A stretch of DNA of 36,841 nucleotides from NCBI GenBank assembly GCA_032718475.1, contig JAUCBJ010007213.1:1-36841 (forward strand), given 5' to 3'. Numbering within the stretch: the first letter of the stretch is position 1; each line of letters begins with the position of its first letter. The notes below the pieces were generated by a model. It was given only the letters and a program-made list of their open reading frames with translations, ran no database searches and had not been told where the DNA came from. The DNA is from Nemertoderma westbladi. Its lineage: Eukaryota > Animalia > Xenacoelomorpha. Shown here in pieces: positions 24,420 through 36,841 of the stretch. Made by a program: the position numbers and the translations under genes.

Positions 24420-25210
24420 GCTTACTTAGTAGGTTGAGTTTGTGTCGGCAAAGCGACTACCTCTATATATCTGCTTCGTGGCTTTTGTCAAAGCCTATGA
24501 CCGTGTCGATCGTAACAAGTTACCATCTTCACTTAGGGATGCGGGTTGTGGAAATCGATTCTTGCAAACTACGGCCAACTGTTTCAGTGATACACGTGCA
24601 CTAGATGAATCAACCATGATCGCATCGGATGTTGGTGTTCTACAAGGGGGTCCTAATAGTTGCCCATGTTCACTTTTTATGAGCAAATCAACGATCACCT
24701 GGTTGACAAAAAAGACCAGATTCTCTAATTTTACAGTTTCTTGGCGCGAAATTAAAATGCACCATTTCCTGTTAAACGAACTGTGTGGAATGCAGCTTTA
24801 ATCTCATCAGTGTTCTACGGAATGGAGTCTTGGTTAACTAACAGCATTCAGATCACCCTAATTGGTTATTTTAAAACTCTTAAGGCTTTGTTGGGTACCA
24901 GAGCTCGTGTTGATAGAACGTGGATTTCAAACGATTGAAGATCTTATTCAGACTGTGCAATACCGATTTCTCAAAAGATTGTTAATTGGAGCGGATATGA
25001 TGGGAGTCCGATAGGATTCGCGAATTCGCCATATACCTGTCAACCAAAAACAAAACTTCAATGGGTAAATATGTACGTAATGAAATTTTTAAGCGTTGAC
25101 AGCTCACCCCGATTGAGGCTTAAGTTCAATTAAGGATAAAATTCTTCAGCCAATACAACCCGTTTTATGTATTATAGGAATTTGAACCAGAGTCTTGTTT
25201 CTCCAATCTT
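24420..25210 (+). mobile_element. Degenerate LINE RT fragment
   Basis: LYICFVAFVKAYDRVDRNKL and GVLQGGPNS (RT motifs); possibly the RT of the family at 16209-19800. Confidence 0.7.
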
Positions 25211-25445
25211 TTACCTGCAATTTACCTTCTTTATTATGTAAAGCTCTCCCGCTGCGCTTGCTCGGTACATAAATACACACTCGTACTTCAGACAATTATA
25301 TAAATCGTTAGGCTATAAACTCATTCCATAGAAAAGACGTGGCTTTTACATTATTTCCAAGGTTTTTGCATTATTTTCAAGGCTTTTTTTTACAATATTT
25401 AAACCTTTACTGTTAAGTAACGGCAAATGTAATTTACATTTACAG

Positions 25446-27120
25446 GATCAGTAGGCCTACTAAAGGAGGAAACTTTGGTTTCGTCTGGCAAGACAAGACG
25501 TAGCAGCCAAACCTCCTTCAAGTGTTATATTTTGCTGTGAGGATCATTTTAATGTAAGTTTAAAATATAAAGTGTAGTTTTGCGATTCTGCAAACCGAAT
25601 CTATGTTACTTACCTTACAGCTCCGTGCGCGCGATCTCGACTAAATCGAAACTTGCTTTTCATATTTGTATAACCTTTTATTTCTACATTTAAATTTTAT
25701 TTAGAGGACGCCGCTCCGTTGAAAATTATTTGAAATTACGTTTAACGGCCGGGACTACATAGTACCCAGTACACCCGTATTAAAGTTAAATCAGAAGCAG
25801 TTCCAACGATATTCGGATGTCAAGATCGAGTTCTCTGCCAAGGATCTACTTCATTAGACACAGTTAGGAATGTAGCCGCTAAAAGATCGAGGCGACATAT
25901 GGTGAATGAACTTTACAGTGAAGATTTAGAAGATGACATTCAAATTACCGACGAGAGAGATGAACCTATTTTGAATGTAGGGACCGGTAGGCTCGATAAG
26001 TCTACTCAAACAAAAATTGCATTGTATACCTCATATAAAATCGGAGTTAACATAAGTTGACCAGTCGCTAATAAGAACGTCTATGGCGCTTTTCAGTAAG
26101 TTTCAATCATCTCCGAGTTTCGGTTTATCGTCGACTGGAGTCAGTGAAATTGGAACAGATGAACTTCTTAATATTGTAAGTAGCGATGGTGAAGATACTG
26201 ATGATAGCAGTGTCGACGGGGGTGCTTTTGTCGGACTTTTGATTGACTCAAGTAAAGTTGAGATGATGTGATCTACTGTTCTCTCATCATTGCAGACTCA
26301 TACAGGAGTTCCACAGGGATTCTTAACAAACAAACTTGCGAATCACTTAACTTACCAAGAAACAGTTAAATCAAAAATTAAAAAAGCCGACATTGCTTTA
26401 TTTATATTGCAGCACATAAGAACTGGGGAGACATTCACATTTTTATCATCACTTTGGGGCATATGAGGGATATTTGTCTAAATTATTTTCAGTGCACCAT
26501 CCTCGTATTGCTTCATACATGGGATCTCTTATCATATGGCAGACGTTTGAAGAAACTCAGGCTAATCTCCCCTTGGCTTTCTTTTTATAACTCCGTTATT
26601 AGCATTATAGATTGCTTCGAGATTCAAATTGAAAGACCTAAAGCATAGGCCTACGCCCCCAATCAGTGACGTGGTCCTCATATAAACATTGTAATATGGT
26701 GAAGTACTTAATATCTATTAATTAATTTTATTTCAAAGGGTTACTTCGGTTGGTCATCGGATTTGTCTATTGTTAAAGATTGTGGGTATTTAGAGAAGTT
26801 ACCAACACATGGAGGTGTGTCAGTAATTTTCTAATCGAGGATTTAAACAATTGGAAAGTCTACTGATAAAAAAGAATGTTGCCTTGATCCGACCTCCATA
26901 ACTTTCTACTTGATCCAAAATGTTGAAGGATGAAGCCATTCTTATGCGGCGCATTGTAAGTTTGAGAATTCATGTAGAACAGGACTTCGAATATTTAGAA
27001 TGATTAGTTTAAATGCTAGCCTACAGTACAAGTAAATCAGTTAGATCTACTACAGTAGATGATGTCGTGGTTGTTTGTGCGGGAATTTTATCGCTGTATC
27101 CTCCTTTAATACGTGTTTAA
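25446..27120 (+). pseudogene. THAP plus DDE_Tnp_4 transposase of an ISL2EU/Harbinger-like transposon (decayed, with intron)
   Basis: RRKLWFRLAR..CCEDHFN|gtaagt and KSEAVPTIF (THAP); IIDCFEIQIERP, QSVTWSSYKHCNMVKYLI, NRGF, LRIHVE (DDE core). Confidence 0.85.
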
Positions 27121-27349
27121 TTATAAATGCCTCCTGTTTCCTGTTTCTTAAACATTAATAATGTCGAATATAATATTAATAATAACACCTAAAATATTTA
27201 TTCATATTTATAATATCTTTATCTCCTTTAATAATATCTCTCTAAATATCTTTATAATTGTAATGTACAATATTATAATAGAGTTTAAGCTATTATAGTT
27301 TATAATACTTATGCAATATGCATACTTTAAACACTTTAAATACTTTTAA

Positions 27350-28662
27350 ATAATACTTGAAATATATTCTCACACCAAAAATCTTGAGCCGATGTTATTA
27401 ACCTCTATTTATACTGTATAAGCGATATCGAACAGTTCTTCAACTACTGTAATCTCTCCATTCTTTTCAAAATTTGGACTTGCAACACAAAACAGTGCTT
27501 TCTGTCGATGACACAAGAGCATCTGTAGTTGGATTTGTGCTTTGAATTTTTCTTTAATGGCATTGTGGTCAGTTATATAATTAAGAAAACTATAATCGGA
27601 GGTACGACCTATTATTTCTAGGATGCAGTCTTCAGTTATGCCATCAGCCGAGGATCCAAATATTGGATACTGCGGGTGAAGTTGAATCCCAGGTTTTTCA
27701 AGTAAGTTCAGATTGTATTTATTAGCAACAGCTTCGAGTACAGGATCTTCTAGATTCTTTCCCCTTTGCATCAAAAAAGTGTCTTTAATTTTCGCAGCAC
27801 CAAGTGCGAGCGCCACTAGTGATCCTTCAGGTGTCTTGCACTTAGATATTTCGTACAGCTTAGAAGCTGTTACAGTACGACCATAACGTATGTGGAACCA
27901 TAGGGGATTATCAGCCTGTTCTGATGTTGATGAATACATCTCTTATTAGGAATTATTATTAGAAATCAGGATTCATAGTGTACGAGCAGAACTTAATAAA
28001 TCCCAGCGCATATTTGTTGTATGATGTCTGAAAAAAAACAGAAAATAATTTTATTGTAACCATATTTAGTTAAAAACTGACCCTACTGTGATTTATTTAT
28101 ATTCAAAGTTTAAAACATTTGTCTAGGTTTTACTTCCTAAAGGGGGCATAAAAGATTAGCCTATTATAAATTGAAAATGGGAGGAGAAATTCTAGTTAAT
28201 AAACTTATAAATGACTTACCGGCGAATGCTTGAACAAGCGTATCAAACTATCAACTTTCATTATTTTATACTCGTCTAAATATCCATTGTCAACTTTGTA
28301 CGTGGCAAGACCCTCACCTACTCCCTTATTGTCTCCATGCTCGGAGTCCCCACAACTATTTGTATTCGTATTTAATTTACTCCTCTTTAACTCCTCGAAT
28401 ACCTATTGTTTAAAGGTATCGGAGTCACTCGCTAAAATACCGTTGGATCTCCTTTTAGTGTTGAAGATCTTAGCTATCGGAAAAGTGAATTGGGCATTTG
28501 GAATTGGGGAATCTCCCAGTACGAAACGGTGTCTGCCACTGATGGCTCCTCGGACCGCCGATGCATCCAGAAAACAAAGGCCAGCATATGTTTACAACCA
28601 TCGCGGCAGCAGGGCAACCAAGGCAACTTGCCAATAATATTTCTCTCGTTGTTTCATCAACC
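27350..28662 (-). pseudogene. SWIM-finger plus YqaJ/lambda-exonuclease gene of the same ISL2EU-like element
   Basis: SCLGCPAA..GCKHMLAFVFWMHRRSEEPS (SWIM-like); intron 28219-28028 (gtaagt..ttttcag); QADNPLW..R..TAS, RGKNLE, GSSADG, LEI, QIQLQM (YqaJ). Confidence 0.85.
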
Positions 28663-29450
28663 AAATTATAGTTCTGAAAGTATGTATTTTTTAAGGGTTG
28701 TCGTAAAGGATGATTTTGATTTTTTATTGCGAATCTCCAGAGGTACATAGTTCCAAATCGAGGGACCACGAAAACTCATAGATCTTTGTGAAAATGTTAA
28801 GTGACATAATGACATTGAGAAATTGGCGTGCGAATCGATTCGTGTGGGATAGTTGTGGACTGATGAGCGTTTCTGAAATAGTTTACCGAGCGTTGAGGTA
28901 GGGCTTATATTTTTTGAATGGATGTCGTACATGAAGGTGCTAACAGATAGTTCATACAGTTTATTAAGTGGTAAAATATTTAGTTGTTTGTAAATAAATG
29001 GGAATTGAGGATGATCTGTAGTGTGAGAATGTAATACAGCGTAACACGATTTTGGTACGTGGCGGTTTTTAGTGTGGTGGAATGGGTGCTACGGCTACCC
29101 CATAAAATAATACCGTAATTAACGTCTCTTTTTTCTTTTGTCATGAAACCAGTCGTAGATTTTATTAGTTCACTGTTCGTGTTAGTAACTAATGAGTGAA
29201 TGTTTTTTTGGGAATTAATTAGAGTTGTGTTGTCAGCGAAAAGTGTACTAAGTAAGGTAGTTGCGTTCGGTAAGTCATGATAAAGATAAGAAATAGTATG
29301 AGAGAGAGAGTACAGTTCCCTGAGGGATGCCACAGGAGAGGGGTAATAAAGTTGAGTTGAAAGGTAAGCAGTATTGGCTGGTAAACTAGCAGTCTCGGTT
29401 CACAATCAATTGGTGTGTATGAGAATATTGTACCTACCAACTATGATTAT
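28663..29450 (-). mobile_element. Degenerate L2/CR1-group LINE 3' fragment inserted in the SWIM-YqaJ gene
   Basis: HDLPNAT..LFADNTTL, NYGIILWG, SFRGPSIWNYVPLEIR..FTTTLKKY. Confidence 0.75.
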
Positions 29451-30482
29451 TACTAATATTCTGTTTTAATTACCATAAGACATAGACCTGTCTGTTATCT
29501 AGAACGCAATACCTGAAACTGTGAATACTATCCCGTGGGTCAGCATGGCTGTTGGGAATTATACAGCGAGAATCCGCGCTAGCCTGATTTATATCTGATG
29601 TTACTCCTTTGGAAAACAATTAAACAACATTTATTTAACTGTGAAAATTATCGAAGTCTTTTAAAAGTGCGAACACTGACAGCACTGTTATGACCTCACC
29701 CATTTTGCATATTTCTTGTTAATGGTCGTGAACATTTTCTTTCCTCTAGAACACAATAATTATGCATTACTAACAAATTTCTTCCAGAACAAATAAATTT
29801 TGTTTGGCCTGTTTTTACCGTCCGCGTCTCTCTATATTTATTGTAGACCTACAGTATCTCTAGTGTTTGCTGTTGGTGTGGGACTGACTTCACAAAAACA
29901 GACCACACTCACAACCACAGACCCCCCCCCCCCCCCCCCCCGCTTTATTACATAACGATTTAGTGTTAAGGGCCATGACATATAAATGTTACATATAAAT
30001 AAATATTTACACAATGTTTTTATAAGGAGATTAATTAATCGTGCTGGCAGATACAAACTATTGCTTTATATGGTGAACAATCTAAACCGCTAGCTATAAC
30101 TGTATAATGTCCAACAAATTATTGTTGAAATTAATCAAAGTCAGAAAATATTTAGTAGCTGTTTGTTGTTATTTTAATTGGTTTATTGTATAAGAAAAAC
30201 ATCAAAAATGAAACAGCTTTTATAATATCGACTAACTCTTTAGTAGCATAGGACAAAACTTAGTTCAATCCGAACTGTTATAAATATTGATCATTCTACT
30301 TACGGCTACTTAATTACCAACAGGGTAGTTATTGCGAGCCAAATAGAAATATATTTAAAATACGAGTTTTTATAGCATCATTTTCAATGGCCTGTTTTCG
30401 ATTTAATATTTCTGTGGGAGGTATATATTTTTACTTCCCCCAGAAATGCTGACGTTTTAAGTAAACAATCCCCAAATTTAAA

Positions 30483-31306
30483 TGTACAGTACAGATTGTA
30501 CAGTACAGATAGTACAGTACAGCACAGATAGTACAGTACAGATAGTACAGTACAGTACAGATAGTACAGTACAGATAGTACAGTACAGATAGTACAGTAC
30601 AGATAGTACATTTCAGATAGTACAGTACAGATAGTACAGTACAGTACAGATAGTACAGTACAGTACAGATAGTACAGTACAGATAGTACAGTACAGATAG
30701 TACAGTACAGATAGTACAGTACAGATAGTACAGTACAGTACAGATAGTACAGTACAGTACAGATAGTACAGTACAGATAGTACAGTACAGATAGTACAGT
30801 ACAGATAGTACAGTACCGGTACAGATAGTACAGTACAGATAGTACAGTACAGATAGTACAGTACAGATAGTACAGTACAGATAGTACAGTACAGATAGTA
30901 CAGTACAGTACAGATAGTACAGTACAGATAGTACAGTACAGATAGTACAGTACAGATAGTACAATACAGATAGTACAGTACAGATAGTACAGTACCGGTA
31001 CAGATAGTACAGTACAGATAGTACAGTACAGTACAGATAGTACAGTACAGATAGTACAGTACAGATAGTACAGTACAGATAGTACAATACAGATAGTACA
31101 GTACAGATAGTACAGTACAGTACAGATAGTACAGTACAGATAGTACAGTACAGATAGTACAGTACAGATAGTACATTACAGATAGTACAGTACAGATAGT
31201 ACAGAACAGATAGCACAGTACCGGTACAGATAGTACAGTACAGATAGTACAGTACAGATAGTACAGTACAGATAGTACAGTACAGATGGTACAGTACAGA
31301 TAGTAC
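30483..31306. repeat. 14-bp satellite (tagtacagtacaga)n with +5 and +6 variants
   Basis: Direct tandem array; variants add TACAG or CCGGTA. Confidence 0.97.
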
Positions 31307-31485
31307 GGTTTTTTATTTTTTAATAACGAAAATAATCCATTAACATTGTAACTACGTAGCCTAATGCAAGAGTAGTATTCGTCACCACCCGTCACCAAGC
31401 AACAGTACCGCACTTTGTACAGTTAGGCCTACTGCAGTACTGTTTGGATCAAGCTGCCCACAGTTTACGATTGAACCGGATGTAT

Positions 31486-31588
31486 GTACAGATAGTAGTA
31501 CAGATAGTACAGTACAGATAGTACAGTACAGATAGTACAGTACAGATAGTACAGTACAGATAGCACAGTACAGATAGCACAGTACAGA
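31486..31588. repeat. Second short array of the same 14-bp satellite
   Basis: About 7 units of tacagatagtacag. Confidence 0.9.
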
Positions 31589-31720
31589 AGCAGGCATGAC
31601 GGTGGCTCAATTATTTAGCGTTTCGTCTGTATATAAATCCAATATGAAAAGTGCCACTTTCCAAACAATATGTAAATACTGTAGTTTTTAATTAATTATT
31701 GTAATAATTAACTTGTTGTT

Positions 31721-31900
31721 ATGGGAGCGTCTTCCAGTACGAAGTTGGTGAAAGAGAAAACATTAAGACGCGAATTCTTGGTCAATGAAATATATAAAAG
31801 TAATCCAGAGATCAACAATGGTGTTAATTACGAAGATGTTGATATTTTGGAATGCGTAGATGATGTTAGTGATAATACAGTAGATATTATTAATTATATT
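31721..31900 (+). CDS. Putative first coding exon of the patatin-like gene (MGxxxS myristoylation motif)
   Basis: ATG gives MGASSS; 60 codons then phase-0 GTAAAC (weak donor), compatible with the phase-0 acceptor at 33681. Confidence 0.45.
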
Positions 31901-32900
31901 GTAAACCGACTGGTACTCGCACTGTACCCTTATTATGGGGCGGCGTGGGCATCGAAAATCTGAAAATGTCGGCGCCTGGTTAGGCCGAAATCGAAATCTA
32001 GGCCGAAATTTAAGCCGAAATCTATGCCAAAATTTTTAACCGAAATACTGTATAAACCAGTCGTGGAGAATCAACCAGTCCCACTAAAGTCAATAGAACA
32101 GGTTTAGAGTTCTACGGCGCCTCACACGTACCTGTAGTGGTAGGAAGCAGTGCAACTGCCGTACAGTACAACTAACTGAAGTTAAAATATATCTTAACAA
32201 CTCGGTAGCTAAACTGATGGATTATACGATACAGTACAGATATCTGGAGAAGGCCTAGGTCTATAATTATAATAATTATTAGTCCAGAAACGATAACGGT
32301 AAAGAAACATGTGCCATTTTAGGTAAATATGTAAGACAATGGCCCGGATTCATAAAGTTGTTGTAGAGTTAACGAAAGCGTACGCTATCGTAAATTTGGA
32401 AGTTAAGACAAACGAATGCGTTTAGTTGTTTCACATCGTTATCGTTATTTTTACAGATGTGTATGATATTTAGCAGCCAGTCACAGCCGATTTTCAAAAT
32501 TAATGCCTCCCGCGCTTTCTTAAACCCGTTTCCAAGTGTTTTTGCAAAAACACAACCCGCCACTCGATTCAGGGCACCTTTTTACCCCTTATTCAATTGT
32601 TTCTAGACCAACAGTTTTTTCGCGCACCAACACTATTACAGTAACGTAATTTTTTTAATTTTTTTAATTTAAAACAACGTTAAGAACACGTGGTCCATAA
32701 ACATTACGTTTACTTATTTCATGATTTTCCACCAACCCAACCGTAAATATATTTGCTAACGTTACAGCTTTATATATAACTACCGGTAGTTAGTAATAGC
32801 TACTGCACTACATAGATTCTAGAAACATTACAAAGTGAGTATGCCAAATATTAAAGTTGAAATATTTTCTGTAAAGAACAAAATCAACTGTAGCCTACAA

Positions 32901-33096
32901 AGTACGGTATTCACCGTAAAAGAGGCGTCCAATAGAGTTGGTATTGATCCTAATGTACTAATTGATCCTAGTGTACCGTAATGGTTCTTAGGGTGATGAG
33001 TACGGTATTCACCGTAAAAGAGGCGTCCAATAGAGTTGGTATTGATCCTAATGTACTAATTGATCCTAGTGTACCGTAATGGTTCTTAGGGTGATG
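32901..33096. repeat. Perfect 98-bp tandem duplication
   Basis: 32901-32998 equals 32999-33096. Confidence 0.93.
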
Positions 33097-33681
33097 CATT
33101 GAATGGAGCCTGTAAGACGACTCGGTGAGAGAGCGCGCTTTGTTGGTGTTTCTATGCTACGAGGTCATATTGGAGATACAGTACAGTACCAGCCAGTATA
33201 TTCTACATTTTGACAAATCCCAACGTGGAGAAATAGCATTTGGCGTAAAAAGGCACTCTTGGCCATTAGAGTCATTTTGGGGCCAATTACATAAATATTT
33301 GGGTTGGCTTCTTAGACAATCCATACCAACCCCCCCCCCCCCCACACCCCCTTGATAATAATGATAATATTGTATAAATAAAAATTATAATAGTCATAAG
33401 TTAATAATAAACTGCACCAGAATATAAGTAATTAATTATCGATTATTTAATATTTAATTTATCTAGACCTACTAACTGTAAATGTAATATAATATTGTTA
33501 ATTAATCATATATACAGTAAATCAATTAATTTAAAATAATGTTGTACAGTAAGTACAGTATAACTTACATATGACTTCTTTAACCCTTACCCAACTAACT
33601 ACTCACAACTAAACATATTATAATTAGGGATATGCGATCGCGTACTTGTACGTTATAAAAAAACAAATAAAATTCATCTAG

Positions 33682-33818
33682 ATTCTAGGAGACGATGACT
33701 GCAGTAAATTATTCCCGTGGGAAAACCTGGTATTTGAAGGCGGAGGAATGAAGACGGTGGCGTATTGTGGAGTAATAGAAGTCTTAGAGGAGATAGGTGC
33801 GTGGAAAAACTTTCGCAG
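33682..33818 (+). CDS. Exon of a patatin-like phospholipase (ExoU/VipD-like subgroup)
   Basis: ag|ILGDDDCSKLFPWENLVFEGGGMKTVAYCGVIEVLEEIGAWKNFR(R)|gtgagt: the Gly-rich oxyanion block, with a consensus donor. Alternative acceptor at 33688. Confidence 0.85.
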
Positions 33819-33845
33819 GTGAGTGTCTACCGGTACCATTTTATA

Positions 33846-35580
33846 GGTTTACTGGAAAAACAGCCACTGGAATAACAGCCAATGTCAAAATGAATCAAAA
33901 CTGGAATAACAGCCACTGCCACTTATGCTGGAAAAACAGCCACTGCCAATTATGCTGGAAAAACAGCCACTGCCAATTATGCTGGAAAAACAGCCACTGT
34001 CGTTTATGCTGGAAAAACAGCCACTTTGATTAGCTCTCACAAATTCTGATCGTCAGTCCACAATCGACCCTTGCAACCGGTTTGGCGACAACACCAAGAT
34101 TTGTTCAATGACACAGGATTCACCGGAGCACTAGGATTGCACAAACGGTATGAATATCCGTTATGCTCGAAACACTCATTTTCTTTGTTAGTTTTGTACG
34201 TGGTCATCTTGAATACAGTATAGATTGTACGAATACGGGTACTGCTAGCAATAATGCATAATGCGCAGAGGCGGCCTAGACAGAGCAGGTACTGTACTGC
34301 TGTAGGTAAGTACCATTATTTAGGACGCCTTGGTCAGCACACAATACTACATTTTACATATATTTTATTAGGAACCGGAGGTTACTTTCTGTAAAAATTT
34401 GTTGCAATAGTAATAATATTTAAGCAAAATAGCTTAAAAACGGCTCTAACGATTTCGTTAATATATATTACACTGTAGTAGGTACAGTAGTAGAAACAGT
34501 GGCATCAAGTATACAGTAGGTACTGTAAACCCTGTTACAGATAATAATTAATGAACACACATAATTATATGTAATGAACACACATAATTATATGTAATGA
34601 ACACACATAATTATATGTAATGAACACACATAATTATATGTAATGAACACACATAATTATATGTAATGAACACACATAATTATATGTAATGAACACACAT
34701 AATTATATGTAATGAACACACATAATTATATGTAATGAACACACATAATTATATGTAATGAACACACATAATTATATGTAATGAACACACATAATTATAT
34801 GTAATGAACACACATAATTATATGTAATGAACACACATAATTATATGTAATGAACACACATAATTATATGTAATGAACACACATAATTATATGTAATGAA
34901 CACACATAATTATATGTAATGAACACACATAATTATATGTAATGAACACACATAATTATATGTAATGAACACACATAATTATATGTAATGAACACACATA
35001 ATTATATGTAATGAACACACATAATTATATGTAATGAACACACATAATTATATGTAATGAACACACATAATTATATGTAATGAACACACATAATTATATG
35101 TAATGAACACACATAATTATATGTAATGAACACACATAATTATATGTAATGAACACACATAATTATATGTAATGAACACACATAATTATATGTAATGAAC
35201 ACACATAATTATATGTAATGAACACACATAATTATATGTAATGAACACACATAATTATATGTAATGAACACACATAATTATATGTAATGAACACACATAA
35301 TTATATGTAATGAACACACATAATTATATGTAATGAACACACATAATTATATGTAATGAACACACATAATTATATGTAATGAACACACATAATTATATGA
35401 GCGGTAATTTTGAATGGCTGTTTTTCCAGCAAACCCACTGGCTGTTTTTCCAGTGGCTGTTATTCCAGTTTTCACAGTGGCTGTTTTTCCAGCAAAATTA
35501 AACAACTTTGTAATTTTGACTGGCTGTTTTTCCAGCAAACCCAGTGGCTGTTTTTCCAGTGGCTGTTATTCCAGTTTACC
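33846..35580. mobile_element. Non-autonomous foldback / MULE-like TIR element
   Basis: Ends GGTTTACTGGAAAAACAGCCA.. / ..TGGCTGTTATTCCAGTTTACC, built from repeated ctggaaaaacagcca; ATTTTATA duplicated at 33838-33845 and 35581-35588. Confidence 0.85.
34550..35398. repeat. 23-bp minisatellite (aatgaacacacataattatatgt) x ~37
   Basis: Apparently invariant tandem copies. Confidence 0.98.
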
Positions 35581-35722
35581 ATTTTATAGTAGTTGAGATT
35601 CGCATCATTACTAAAATACCCTACAGTTATTGGAAGTTGCCACAGTAGGCCTACTGTAATTACACACTGAGTATTCCATTAATTACATTGCAGGCCTGTA
35701 TTGTGGTAATTCAATATATACA

Positions 35723-36648
35723 GTTCCTAAGAAGGGCAACCTAACACTCTATGGTTCTTTTCGGGGAATCTCACTGATCTCGATTGCTGCAAAGCTATAC
35801 AATATAATTCTATTAAATCGCATCAGGGATCCCATTGAGAGACTGCTCCGTGGAAATCAGAATGGGTTCCGTAAAGGTCGTGGGACCATGGAGCCCATTT
35901 TGGCACTTAGAAGGATAATTGAAGAGTTATCAAAAAAGATAGACAGGCATCTGGCTGTTATCTTTGTTGACTTCTTCAAGGCCTTTGATTCAGTCTCTCG
36001 CTCACGTATGTTCAGCATACTTTCATTATATGGGATTCCTGATGAAATTATTGCAGCAATCAGATCAGTATACGATGGTTCGACAACATTTGTGTCTACA
36101 GTTGACGGTGACACAGAACCATTTGAAGTGTTATGGGGCGTCCTCCAGGGAGACACACTTGCACCATTCTTGTTCATAACTGTTGTTGACTATGTTCTAC
36201 GCATGTCCTTAGATCATCATAATGATGATGGGGTGATGATAACTCCACCTACTGGCTCCAGAAGTCGAGGAAATCCTGCCAAGTACCTAACTGATCTAGA
36301 CTTTGCTGATGACTTAGGAGTACTCTCAGAATCACTAGAGGGAGCCCAACGGCTCCTCAGCTCATTAGAACGCGCTGCTTCTAGTGTTGGTCCTTTTATT
36401 AACTCCAGAAAGACCAAAATTCTGACAGTTAACTTTGAAAGTCCTCAGCAAGTCTCTGATCGGATGAGCATAAGCTCAAAGGATGGTATGCTTGAGCATG
36501 TGGACGACTTCTGTTACCTGGGATCATGGATCCGGAAGTCAGGTGAGGACCTTCGAATACGTAAGGGAAAGGCATGGGCAGCCTTGAATAGGCTTTCCAG
36601 GATTTGGAAGTCACCGAGAATGAATCGGAAACTTAAGGTCCGAATTAA
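35723..36648 (+). mobile_element. RTE-clade LINE reverse transcriptase fragment (open frame, truncated at both ends)
   Basis: PKKGN, FRGISL, QNGFR, DFFKAFDSV, GVLQGDTLAP, DFADD, YLGS; no endonuclease domain or 3' tail. Confidence 0.92.
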
Positions 36649-36841
36649 TAGCCTTAATTGCCTTCCTTGGTACAAACAAATCTCAAATTTATTATGTACA
36701 TAATATAAAGCATAAATATAAATTATGGCTCACTCACTATGTGGAAACGGGAGGTTAAACTGTTCCGGGGCATGCATTGGGTATAAATGATGTTCATAAG
36801 CTACTGTACAACCAAGTAGAATGTATTAATTTCCCATTTTA

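Noticed and set aside
30384-31597. YYLYCTICTVLSV-repeat ORFs
   Set aside because: Translations of the 14-bp satellite.
34550-35398. CRISPR-like array (also 3033-3365 and 17090-17660)
   Set aside because: No unique spacers, no cas genes, eukaryotic context.
33797-35596. Short ORFs with CWKNSH or AVFP repeats
   Set aside because: Translations of the modular TIRs.

Overview
AT-rich eukaryotic DNA, probably from an invertebrate animal (GT-AG introns, LINEs, SINEs, DNA transposons; no prokaryotic features). The window is mostly transposon-derived. Host genes: (1) a minus-strand gene with a signal peptide, a 10-Cys domain and 45-bp mucin-like repeats. Its repeat exon is split by a young ~4-kb L2/CR1-group LINE (10084-14061, 4-bp GGTT duplication), and a possible hydrophobic/GPI terminal exon lies at ~4997-5324. 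(2) The first exons of a patatin-like phospholipase (31721-31900?, 33682-33818). The intact LINE ORF (PHD-APE-RT) begins with a signal-peptide-like leader and a 2A/StopGo motif (GDIETNPG|P). Decayed elements include a CRE-like RLE retrotransposon, a LINE split by a piggyBac-like element, an ISL2EU-like transposon (THAP-DDE plus convergent SWIM-YqaJ), RTE fragments, tRNA-derived SINEs, a Helentron-type HINE, a MULE-like foldback element and several minisatellites. The most unusual pattern is abundant TACAGTA/TACTGTA/TAGGCCTA/TACCGGTA words. Paralog comparison within the window shows TA-to-TACTGTA insertions identical to Tc1/mariner excision footprints.
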